This document shows positions 19,458-27,766 of a stretch of DNA of 41,054 nucleotides, in pieces. The notes under the pieces were generated by a model. That model saw only the letters and a program-made list of their open reading frames with translations. It did no database searches and was not told where the DNA came from. The translations under genes and the position numbers were made by a program. How positions within the stretch are numbered: the first letter of the stretch is position 1; every line of letters starts with the position of its first letter. The stretch comes from Bacteroidota bacterium. Lineage in GTDB: Bacteria > Bacteroidota > Ignavibacteria > UBA10030 > UBA6906. The stretch is taken from assembly GCA_041483995.1 (NCBI GenBank), contig JBGPGQ010000001.1, positions 1 to 41,054 on the forward strand, written 5' to 3'.

Positions 19458-21798
19458 ACGCGTTCTTTAAAGCCCCCTTATATTCCATAACGGGGTATTG
19501 TTTTTTAAGACCGTCCAGCCACTCTTGTTCAAGTCTCTTGGATTCGTACTCCTGGAATGCGCTTGAAACTTCGGTGCCAGTCTCTTCAAAGGACTTCATG
19601 CGCAATGGGTCTTTCTTGTTCAGCTTGACGATACAGAAAGAATTTTCATATTCAAATGGTCGCGAATAACCCCCAACCGTAAGCGAGTCCGCCATTTCTG
19701 TCCGTTCATCGGTAGTCACGGACAGCAAGGCGTTCTCAAGGCCGCCAATTATTTTTCCCTTACGCCCAATTACCGTGATGTCCACCAGGCCGTTCATCTT
19801 TGTTTTTTCATCTGCCGAAGTTGCCTTGGTGGGAGCCCGGGGAACAAGCGTAATCCTGCCCTCAGCAATGCCCAGCTTCTTCGTAAGATGCGCTTTCAGG
19901 GCATCAAGACGCTTTGTTGCCAGCGAGCTGTTCCGTTGTTTGTTGCCCGTCGTATCGGGGTGAGCCGCAAGTTGAAGACGCAGAGAAGGGTCCTTCTTCA
20001 ATTCCGCAGCAGCGGTTGCCAGAACCTTTATTGATTGTTGTGTGATCGTTGAAGAGCCCTTTGCAAAAAGAGTCTGGAAGCTTGACGGAGCGGCCATTCG
20101 TACGGAATCTGCAACCACGATCTGTCGCATCGTTGTTCCGTTTTTCAGTTGAGAGTGAATCGACTGAGCTACGGAATCACTTATCATGCGGATTGAACTG
20201 AAGTCAACCCGATCCGGGAACATGAACTTGTCTCTATGCGAATCAAAATAACGGTGCAAGCCGGAGTCGGTTACAGCTATCTTATTCCAAACCTGCTCTT
20301 GCTCGATCTGATAGAGAAGAATACCCTCAGTGTATTCCTTCATAATGGCTCTGAACTCAGGGTAGTCTTGTTCCATGGTTTCTGACTTTGTGGCGAAGAC
20401 GAGCTGCTCAGCAATTTTGTCGAGCACGGAAGCAAGAGAGGCTGCCCGCAGGGGAGTGTTCGCCATGTCTGGCCTGCTCTTGATGATTGCCACAACGCTA
20501 TCGACTATTACCCGACGATTTCCGAACATTATGATTGCAGACCCGCCAAGCTCCGGCTTGATGCCCGCTGCCCAGAGGCTGTCCTTTGTTGATTTGCTGG
20601 AGTCGAAAGCCGTATAGAACTGTGAAGCGACCGCCCCATTCGATGAAAAATGCACCTCTTGTTTCAGGTTATCCAGGAACTGTTTGTAGTCGTCTTGAAA
20701 GCGTACCTGTTGGTATAACTGGAGTAGATCCTTCTTGGATTCTTCAAACGTTTTGGGTGGGCGGGCATCGGTGCATTTGATGAGATGATAACCGTAAATG
20801 GTGCGTACAATTCCGGAAACCTGGCCGGGCTTCATGCCGAGAGCAACCTCATCGAACGATTGTATCCAGCGGCGGCGAGTGAACCAATCAAGATCCCCGC
20901 CTTTTGAAGCAGAACCCGGGTCGCCCGAGTTGCGCATCGCGAGTTCAGCAAAATCGACTCCCATTGCAATGCTGTCCTGAATTACCTTGATCTTGGCATA
21001 AGCGGCAGCAGTATCGTCTGGCGTCGGGTCCTGTTTTTCAAATCTGATCATAATGTGGCTGCACCGGACTTCTCCCGGGGCTGGTTTTCGGTCTACGATT
21101 TTCAAAACATGAAGGCCATATTGAGTCCGTATTGGGGATGGCGAAATTTCCCCCGGCTTCAACCCGACGGCTGCATCTTCAAAGGCAGGAACCATTTGTC
21201 CACCCGTAAAATAGTACAGGTCACCCTTGTTCTGTTTTACCGAGGGGTCTTTGGAATTCTCGATGGCGAGAGTTGCAAAGTCAGCACCCGCCTTTAGTTT
21301 TGATATGATTTCTTTAGCCTTTTGGTATACAGCTAACGTATCTTCGGCCTTGGTGGAGGCGGGGATGTTGAGAAGTATATGGTTGGCACGAATCTCGTCC
21401 TTCCTTCGATCATACATCTTCTTGACGCCGGGACTCGTTACTTCACGATCAGTCAAGAATGATTGGGCGAGGCTTCCTTTGTATTGATTTATTTCAGAAT
21501 GAATCTCCGGTCTTTTATCAAGTCCTTGCCGGTATGCATCGGCAAGCTTGAGTCGGAAATTGGTCATAAGACCGAGAAATTTCTCCCGTTCCTCCGGCGT
21601 AGCGGCTTGTGCCTGTTCGCGGCTGCCACTGCTTTTCTCGTACAAGTTTTCATAGTCGGCAAGCGTGATCGGGTTATCACCGACCTTTGCTACAATAATG
21701 TCACTTTGCTTGGGAGAGCACCCTGAACAGACAACGATGATTGCAAAGACAATGTTGGCGGCCATAGTATGGCCAATGATTTTCAGACGCGGATACAT
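19441..21798 (-). CDS. PpiD/SurA-like lipoprotein chaperone with two parvulin domains and an embedded OmpA-like module
   Basis: The ORF extends to a GTG at 21804. The ATG at 21798 gives MYPRLKIIGHTMAANIVFAIIVVCSGCS, a signal peptide with a Cys lipobox-like site. Two parvulin domains are present (NHILLNIP...KGDLYYFTGGQMVPAFE...YGLHVLKI and SHIMIRF...GGDLDWFTRRRWIQSFD...YGYHLIKC). An OmpA_C-like segment sits at aa 579-679. Confidence 0.85.
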   Translation of the reverse strand: MYPRLKIIGHTMAANIVFAIIVVCSGCSPKQSDIIVAKVGDNPITLADYENLYEKSSGSREQAQAATPEEREKFLGLMTNFRLKLADAYRQGLDKRPEIHSEINQYKGSLAQSFLTDREVTSPGVKKMYDRRKDEIRANHILLNIPASTKAEDTLAVYQKAKEIISKLKAGADFATLAIENSKDPSVKQNKGDLYYFTGGQMVPAFEDAAVGLKPGEISPSPIRTQYGLHVLKIVDRKPAPGEVRCSHIMIRFEKQDPTPDDTAAAYAKIKVIQDSIAMGVDFAELAMRNSGDPGSASKGGDLDWFTRRRWIQSFDEVALGMKPGQVSGIVRTIYGYHLIKCTDARPPKTFEESKKDLLQLYQQVRFQDDYKQFLDNLKQEVHFSSNGAVASQFYTAFDSSKSTKDSLWAAGIKPELGGSAIIMFGNRRVIVDSVVAIIKSRPDMANTPLRAASLASVLDKIAEQLVFATKSETMEQDYPEFRAIMKEYTEGILLYQIEQEQVWNKIAVTDSGLHRYFDSHRDKFMFPDRVDFSSIRMISDSVAQSIHSQLKNGTTMRQIVVADSVRMAAPSSFQTLFAKGSSTITQQSIKVLATAAAELKKDPSLRLQLAAHPDTTGNKQRNSSLATKRLDALKAHLTKKLGIAEGRITLVPRAPTKATSADEKTKMNGLVDITVIGRKGKIIGGLENALLSVTTDERTEMADSLTVGGYSRPFEYENSFCIVKLNKKDPLRMKSFEETGTEVSSAFQEYESKRLEQEWLDGLKKQYPVMEYKGALKNAFVSSK

Positions 21799-21900
21799 AA
21801 CCACTTAGACTCCGTAATTGTTTGCAGATAGGATATTGAGGCTTTAAGGTGCGATATGGTAACCAAAAACGGTATGAAAATCAAGGAAATGACCGTTGGG

Positions 21901-21934
21901 GGTACTGCCCTAATTCAGAAATTAGGACGGTACC
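21901..21934 (-). terminator. Long imperfect hairpin downstream of the PLP-enzyme gene (possible terminator or regulatory hairpin)
   Basis: GGTACTGCCCTAATT (21901-21915) pairs with AATTAGGACGGTACC (21920-21934): 15 positions with one mismatch and one G-U wobble, and a 4-nt loop. No clean U-tract follows on the minus strand. Confidence 0.35.
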
Positions 21935-21991
21935 ACCCTTGGGAGTAAATGCCTGAATTCGGCCAAGCACTAGAGAATCGGTCGGTTTATC

Positions 21992-23203
21992 TTACAATCG
22001 TTTCAGCGCCACGGCAAAATCCTTTTTCAGATCTTCAGCGCCCTCAATGCCAACTGAAATTCGAATCATTCCCGGCGTAACGCCGTGGTTCTCAAGCTCA
22101 TGATCAGTCATGCCGATGTGAGATGAGTAGACAGGAATGCTAACAAGAGTTTCGACGCTACCGAGTGACATAGCGTTTACTGCAACTTTCAGTGCATCGC
22201 ACACGCTTACCGCGCCCTTTGCACCGCCACGCACTTCAATTGTCACCATTCCACCATATCCACCAGACATCTGTTTTTTTGCAATGGAGTGTTGTGGGTG
22301 TGAAGGAAGACCGGGATAGAGAACACGTATAACATTTTTCTGTCGTTCTAGAAACTCTGCCAGGGCAAGCGCGTTCTCATTTTGTCGTTGCACGCGCAGC
22401 TCGAACGTTTTGAGACTTCTCAACATCAAGTATGCTGCAAACGGATCGGCGCAGCCGCCGTAATACTTCAATTGAGTGTGCACATTTTTGATGAACTTGG
22501 CTGTTCCCGCGACAACGCCCGCCATGATATCGCTGTGTCCGCCAAGGTATTTGGTGCCGCTTTCCACGATGACATCGACTCCAAGGAGAAATGGATCCTG
22601 ATTACACACAGTAGCAAAAGTATTATCGATCATTGTAACTATCCTGCTGCCGGTTTGTTTTTGAGCTTTGCGTGTTGCCGCGACAACTGCTTTTATATCC
22701 ACAATGCCCAGCGTGGGATTTGTTGGTGTCTCAAAATAGACAAGCTTTGTATTGCGTGTGGCGATACGCGGCAGTGTATTGATCGCCCCGGCATCTATGT
22801 GGTGGACGTGGATGTCAAGGTTCGGCAAGATATCTCTGAAGAATCTGTATGTTCCGCCGTACAAAGCCGGTGTGCTGATGATCTCATCCCCGGATTTTAC
22901 AACGGAGAGTATTGCGGAAGTAATGGCTGCCATACCCGATGAGAAAAGAAGAGCCTTTTCCGCGTTCATCATCAGCGCGAGGCGCTCTTGAGCCTCTTTC
23001 ACCGTAGGATTGTGATAACGGGTGTAAACGTACACATCGGAATCGCCGTTCGCGTATCGGATCGCATCGTTTGAATCAGCAAACCGGTACGTTGACGTTT
23101 GCGTGATCGGTGTGGCGACGGGGCCCTGATATGCATAGAGCTTTTTTCCGTGTATTGCTCTTGTTGCAAGCGACATTTGGGAGGGAAGTTTCCTTGTCTT
23201 CAT
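21992..23203 (-). CDS. Cys/Met-metabolism PLP-dependent enzyme (methionine gamma-lyase / cystathionine gamma-synthase / beta-lyase family)
   Basis: 403 aa. PLP-lysine motif ESGTKYLGGHSDIMAGVV and family-typical YTRYHNPT and LESLGSVE-like MSLGSVETLVSIP. Its ATG overlaps the panE stop in an ATGA 4-nt overlap. The exact activity cannot be assigned by eye. Confidence 0.85.
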   Translation of the reverse strand: MKTRKLPSQMSLATRAIHGKKLYAYQGPVATPITQTSTYRFADSNDAIRYANGDSDVYVYTRYHNPTVKEAQERLALMMNAEKALLFSSGMAAITSAILSVVKSGDEIISTPALYGGTYRFFRDILPNLDIHVHHIDAGAINTLPRIATRNTKLVYFETPTNPTLGIVDIKAVVAATRKAQKQTGSRIVTMIDNTFATVCNQDPFLLGVDVIVESGTKYLGGHSDIMAGVVAGTAKFIKNVHTQLKYYGGCADPFAAYLMLRSLKTFELRVQRQNENALALAEFLERQKNVIRVLYPGLPSHPQHSIAKKQMSGGYGGMVTIEVRGGAKGAVSVCDALKVAVNAMSLGSVETLVSIPVYSSHIGMTDHELENHGVTPGMIRISVGIEGAEDLKKDFAVALKRL

Positions 23204-24144
23204 TGTGTCCTTTGATGTTTGATATGGTAGGGCAGAAGAGCTGAAAAGATCACACTATGAACCGGGGTAGGGATGCCCAGTTGTTTTCCGAGCTTGACTA
23301 CTGTACCGGAGAGCGCATCGATCTCAAGTGGTTTGTGGTGTGTGAGATCGTGGTACAGAGATGAACGTGAGTTGGCATCTAAGTTCCTTAGCTTCTCCAG
23401 CAGGGAATCAATAAGACCAGGCTCAATTGTCACAGGCATCGTCTTTGCAATAGCTTCTGTTTCTTTCATTGCGTCCCTCATCAGCGCGGAGGTTTCCTTT
23501 ACTGCAAGAATTTCTCCGAGCGTCAGGCGAGTCAGCGCAGTAAGACCGCCAACGGCGGTAATAAAAACAAACTTCTTCCATATATCAGAAACTATGTTTG
23601 GTGACAGTTCCGCGCGGATGCCCGCGTTCAACAGGACGCGCAGAATCTCTTTTGCGCGAACCCCCTGAGTCGAGTGAGAACCTATTCCTTGGAGGGGTCC
23701 GAACAACAGCGTCTTCGGTCCGCCCGTTTCTGTAATTTCTCCCGGCGCCGTTATTGTGGAATAAATGTTTGCTACGCCACCGAACACTGTTCCGGTGGTG
23801 ATATGTTGCCGGATTGTCTCTTCATTCTCAACGCCATTCTGAAGACTGATGATGATCGTGCCATCTTTCAGTAAGGGTTCAAGTTTCCCGGCCGCGGCTT
23901 CAGTATCATAGGATTTCACGCAGAATAGAATGACATCTACAGGGCCGATCTCGGAGACCGTTTCAGTGACCCTGTTCGACGGAACAACAAATGCCCCCTC
24001 AGTAGAATTCACTCGCAGCCCGCTACGCTTCATTGCGTTAAGATGCTCACCGCGCGCAACAAAACACACATCCTCACCATTCTTCCAAAGCTTACTCCCG
24101 AAGAACCCCCCAACACCGCCGGCACCTATTACTGCGAATCTCAT
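23200..24144 (-). CDS. panE: 2-dehydropantoate 2-reductase (ketopantoate reductase, ApbA/PanE family)
   Basis: 314 aa. N-terminal Rossmann motif MRFAVIGAGGVGGFFG, and a family-typical C-terminal helical domain (SSLYHDLTHHKPLEIDALSGTVVKLG). Confidence 0.8.
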   Translation of the reverse strand: MRFAVIGAGGVGGFFGSKLWKNGEDVCFVARGEHLNAMKRSGLRVNSTEGAFVVPSNRVTETVSEIGPVDVILFCVKSYDTEAAAGKLEPLLKDGTIIISLQNGVENEETIRQHITTGTVFGGVANIYSTITAPGEITETGGPKTLLFGPLQGIGSHSTQGVRAKEILRVLLNAGIRAELSPNIVSDIWKKFVFITAVGGLTALTRLTLGEILAVKETSALMRDAMKETEAIAKTMPVTIEPGLIDSLLEKLRNLDANSRSSLYHDLTHHKPLEIDALSGTVVKLGKQLGIPTPVHSVIFSALLPYHIKHQRTQ

Positions 24145-24153
24145 AATGCAATT

Positions 24154-25800
24154 CTACGTTTTGGGCAAGGCAGGTTCGGCAAAGATCACCTTCTCTCGTT
24201 CTATTGTAACCGTTCCTGGCGGAGCGCCTTTCGGCTTCCGAACATATTTGCGTTCAGTCATTGCAACGGGCACCATTTTTGCATTCTTCATTTTGCTGTA
24301 GTAGGCGGCTATGCCTGCAGCTTGTTCTCTTGCCCGCTTACCCGGTTCACCCTTGCCGGTCTGTACTTTCAATACAACATGTGAGCCGCCCGCCCCCCGT
24401 ACATGAAACCAAAGGTCATTCGGTTTTGCATGCTTCATGGTGAGGAGATCATTGTTCGCACTGCTTTTTCCCGCCCAGACCTCAAACCCTCCATCAACAG
24501 TGAATAAACGAAACGGCAATTGATCCTGTTTTTTGCTGGCTATACCAAGCCGGAAAAGTTGCAGATCATCTTTATTCTCTCTCACGAATGTTTTGAGCCC
24601 TTCTTTTGTCTTGACAAGTTCGAGAGTCGCCAACAATTGGTTTGCAACGGTTGCCCGTTTCCTCAAACCGATCAAACGGTCAGAGGATTCCCGTCGTGCA
24701 ATACGGGTCTTTTTCGCTTTTTCAAAATACCTCTGTGCGTTCTGAACAGGGCTGAACTGAGGTTCGAGTTGTATGGGGATGTTTTCTTCGGTAAGATGGA
24801 CAACACGGGAGCCCTTTGCGATTTTCACGTCTTGTGCCAAAAGAAGTTTCCCAAAGTACTCGTACTGATCGGCACGCGAATGTTCCAGTGCATCGGTCTC
24901 CAGTGCGGTGATCGTACGTTGTGCTTTTTCCAGTTGTTGTGTGAGCGTGGCAAGCAGCCCCCCCCTTTTCTCTTCAAAAGCATTTGTTGTTCGTTCCCTT
25001 GAAACAAAATAACGAATTGCTTCGTGAACATCGTGGAACGGTTTTTCGATAAGATCCGCAAGGCGCTGGAGCTTGATCAACGAGAAGGTTACCGGTAACC
25101 CCCCTGAACCTTCCTGACGGACATAGATTCGTGGAGACGGAGTGGCAAGTTCCGCAAAAATTGTACTCATTGAGCTTGTTATTTGGTTGAAGTTGCTGCC
25201 ATCCAGGTCGCCAGCGCGTGTCGTAGCAGCAATATCTGAGCGATGAAGCACCTCTTGTACAAGGGTTGATCCGAGCGTGGGGAAAAGATTCTTAACGATC
25301 GAACCGACAGCTCGTGTCGTATCTGACCGTAGTGCTTGTTCCAGTAAGTCAACATCATAAATCAGTTCACCACGACGTGGTTCATATCGTGTACCGCATA
25401 GAGTCTTGGAATCCTTGAATGAGTCAACGATAGTATTTGCCGAATCAACCAGTAGAACATTTGCCTTCGTTCCAAACATCTGTGCTTGCAGGAACAACCC
25501 CGATGAGCATTCAAAGGTTACCACTCTATCGGCGGGCTGCACAAAGATGGATCGGATATTTTTTCCCCAACACTTAAGAAGGATATTGGCAGAATTACTT
25601 TTTGCCCGTGCAAACCCCGGATGAAGGTAAAGAGTATTTGTCTGGGAGCCACAATCAAGGATAAGGGTGAGGCTTGAGTGCTCAAAAGTAAGTACGAGCT
25701 GCTTCTTCTCCTGCGAAAATACCGCGCCAATTTCGAGCCCGCGCAGTTTAGAATCGAGGTTTGAAGCTATATAGCGTAATGTGTAGTAATTAGTTAGCAC
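24154..25800 (-). CDS. rqcH: NFACT-family protein (RqcH / FbpA-like ribosome quality control factor homologue)
   Basis: 548 aa with a GTG start at 25800. NFACT-N-like N-terminus with an Asp-Arg pair (VQPADRVVTFE, D91-R92). The NFACT-R/DUF814 signature DLWFHVRGAGGSHVVLK is near the C-terminus. Confidence 0.8.
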   Translation of the reverse strand: MLTNYYTLRYIASNLDSKLRGLEIGAVFSQEKKQLVLTFEHSSLTLILDCGSQTNTLYLHPGFARAKSNSANILLKCWGKNIRSIFVQPADRVVTFECSSGLFLQAQMFGTKANVLLVDSANTIVDSFKDSKTLCGTRYEPRRGELIYDVDLLEQALRSDTTRAVGSIVKNLFPTLGSTLVQEVLHRSDIAATTRAGDLDGSNFNQITSSMSTIFAELATPSPRIYVRQEGSGGLPVTFSLIKLQRLADLIEKPFHDVHEAIRYFVSRERTTNAFEEKRGGLLATLTQQLEKAQRTITALETDALEHSRADQYEYFGKLLLAQDVKIAKGSRVVHLTEENIPIQLEPQFSPVQNAQRYFEKAKKTRIARRESSDRLIGLRKRATVANQLLATLELVKTKEGLKTFVRENKDDLQLFRLGIASKKQDQLPFRLFTVDGGFEVWAGKSSANNDLLTMKHAKPNDLWFHVRGAGGSHVVLKVQTGKGEPGKRAREQAAGIAAYYSKMKNAKMVPVAMTERKYVRKPKGAPPGTVTIEREKVIFAEPALPKT

Positions 25801-25969
25801 GTTGTTATCAACAATATATTGAAAAATGGACTTTTTGACAATGAAACAGCACTTCGATGTGGATAAGTTGTTGATTTTACTGTGAGAAATGTGTTCGAAA
25901 GTTTCAATTGCAACTGCAAGCGGTTTTTTGTACTTTTTAACCCCAAACTATGTGTAGTTAAGAGGAATA

Positions 25970-26848
25970 ATGATCGCCAGCATGACCGGCTACGGGAGGG
26001 GAGAGGCGAGTGCGAAGGGGATTACAGTCGCTGTGGAGTTACGCAGTGTCAACAGCCGGTTTCTTGAAGTTGCAACCCGCCTGCCCCGCTCTCTTTCTTT
26101 ACGTGAAAATGAAATCAAAGAACTTATCCGCCGAAAGGTCTCAAGGGGTAAGATCAATGTTGTTGTTGCGGTGGAGCGGGAGAGCAACGAAAACCTGTCG
26201 TTACGGGTCAATGGGTCTGCAGCCAAGGCCTATCTTAAGTTACTTAACGAATTAAGAAAAACCGTCAAACTGAAGGAAACCGTCAAGTTAGATCACCTGC
26301 TTCGGTTTTCTGAAGTGATTGAATCGCAGGAATTGGAGAGTACCGATGAAGAAGAATGGCAGATCCTGCAAAAGTCGTTAGACGATGCTCTTGATGAACT
26401 TGTTCAGATGCGCAGAAACGAAGGTGGGGAACTACGAAAGGATTTTCAACAGCGTGTCGGAATTTTGGAACAGAGCATCCAAAAAATCGAAATACTTTCA
26501 CAGCAACAAGTCCCAAGTGAACGGCTCCGCCTTCGGGAACGAGTACAGCAGTTAATGGAGAAAGAGACGATCGACGAAGGAAGGCTGGAGCTTGAGCTGA
26601 CACTGCTTGCAGACCGGCTGGACGTTACGGAAGAATGTGTGCGATTCCGGAGTCACAACAAGTTTTTTCTTGCAGCGTTGGATAACGAAGAATCCGCAGG
26701 ACGCAAGCTGAATTTTCTTATCCAAGAGATGAATCGTGAGGCTAACACCATCGGTTCAAAATCGAGTGCATCAGAGATTGCTCACCTCGTTGTGAATGTG
26801 AAGGAAGAGCTGGAGAGAATACGAGAGCAACTGCAGAATATTGAATAA
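25970..26848 (+). CDS. yicC: YicC-family protein (stress-induced endoribonuclease family)
   Basis: 292 aa. Hallmark N-terminus MIASMTGYGRGE, and C-terminal DUF1732 motif LNFLIQEMNREANTIGSKS. AGAGGA sits upstream of the ATG. Confidence 0.9.
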   Translation: MIASMTGYGRGEASAKGITVAVELRSVNSRFLEVATRLPRSLSLRENEIKELIRRKVSRGKINVVVAVERESNENLSLRVNGSAAKAYLKLLNELRKTVKLKETVKLDHLLRFSEVIESQELESTDEEEWQILQKSLDDALDELVQMRRNEGGELRKDFQQRVGILEQSIQKIEILSQQQVPSERLRLRERVQQLMEKETIDEGRLELELTLLADRLDVTEECVRFRSHNKFFLAALDNEESAGRKLNFLIQEMNREANTIGSKSSASEIAHLVVNVKEELERIREQLQNIE

Positions 26849-26850
26849 AC

Positions 26851-27414
26851 ATGTCTTCCGGAAAATTGGTTGCAATCGCTGCACCGAGCGGTTCCGGGAA
26901 GACAACAATTGCGCGCGAGATACTCACCCGGAATCCCTCGTTAAGCTTCTCGGTTTCCGCAACGACACGGAGTAAGCGGTCAGGCGAAGTTGAGGGAAGA
27001 GATTATTTCTTTCTTACCGCAGAAGAGTTTAAGAAGAAAATAGATGCCGGAGAATTTGTTGAGTGGGAGCAAGTGTACGGGCATTATTACGGAACAATGA
27101 AGCGTGAAGTTGACCGTGCTTTGCAAAGCGGCAAAAACCTCTTGTTCGATGTAGATGTCAATGGCGCTCTTTCCATTAGGAGACAGTATCCCGACACTCT
27201 CTTAATTTTTCTCCTGCCACCCAGCATGGAGGCCCTGCAACAACGATTGAAGGGCAGGCGGACGGAAGATCCATCAACCATTGCGCGGCGACTCGAACGG
27301 GTACCGATGGAACTTGAGAAGGGAATGCAGTTTGACCATCAGATTGTGAACGATGAGCTGTCCAGAGCAATCGAAGAAGTACAGAGAATAGTTCATGCAC
27401 ACATACACACGTAA
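26851..27414 (+). CDS. gmk: Guanylate kinase
   Basis: 187 aa. P-loop APSGSGKTTI and GMP-binding SATTRSKRSGEVEGRDYFF. 2-nt gap after yicC. Confidence 0.95.
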   Translation: MSSGKLVAIAAPSGSGKTTIAREILTRNPSLSFSVSATTRSKRSGEVEGRDYFFLTAEEFKKKIDAGEFVEWEQVYGHYYGTMKREVDRALQSGKNLLFDVDVNGALSIRRQYPDTLLIFLLPPSMEALQQRLKGRRTEDPSTIARRLERVPMELEKGMQFDHQIVNDELSRAIEEVQRIVHAHIHT

Positions 27415-27431
27415 CAGTGGAGAAAAAAATC

Positions 27432-27761
27432 ATGTCGATTAAACCCGTTAACATTGAGGAACTGAGCGCAAAGGCCAAGAACATTCACGAGGCAATCGTG
27501 GCAATGTCGAAACGAGCCCGCCAGATCAACGATGAAATAAAGATTGAATTCAACCAGAGAGTTGAAATGTTTGCGCCAAGGACGGAGTCGGAGACCGAGG
27601 AGAATGATGTCAACCCTGATCAACTAAAGGTAAGTCTTGAATTCGAGAAACGCCCCAAGCCCACGGACGTTGCTCTTGACGAACTCCTGGGCGAAAAACT
27701 GTCGTGGCGATATAAGGAGAAGGAAGTGGCTCCAATACCAAAGGACGAGGACGAAGAATAA
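27432..27761 (+). CDS. rpoZ: DNA-directed RNA polymerase omega subunit
   Basis: Conserved gmk-rpoZ-coaBC position. The core NIHEAIVAMSKRARQIN matches the omega helix motif. The ORF track starts at a GTG at 27417, but the ATG at 27432 has GGAG 9 nt upstream. Confidence 0.7.
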   Translation: MSIKPVNIEELSAKAKNIHEAIVAMSKRARQINDEIKIEFNQRVEMFAPRTESETEENDVNPDQLKVSLEFEKRPKPTDVALDELLGEKLSWRYKEKEVAPIPKDEDEE

Positions 27762-27766
27762 GGGAC

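Noticed and set aside
10371-25800. 15-kb block of eleven genes oriented head-on to a fork leaving the putative origin
   Set aside because: Strand bias this close to the origin cannot be judged from one window. The block contains no rRNA or ribosomal-protein genes, and such blocks are common.
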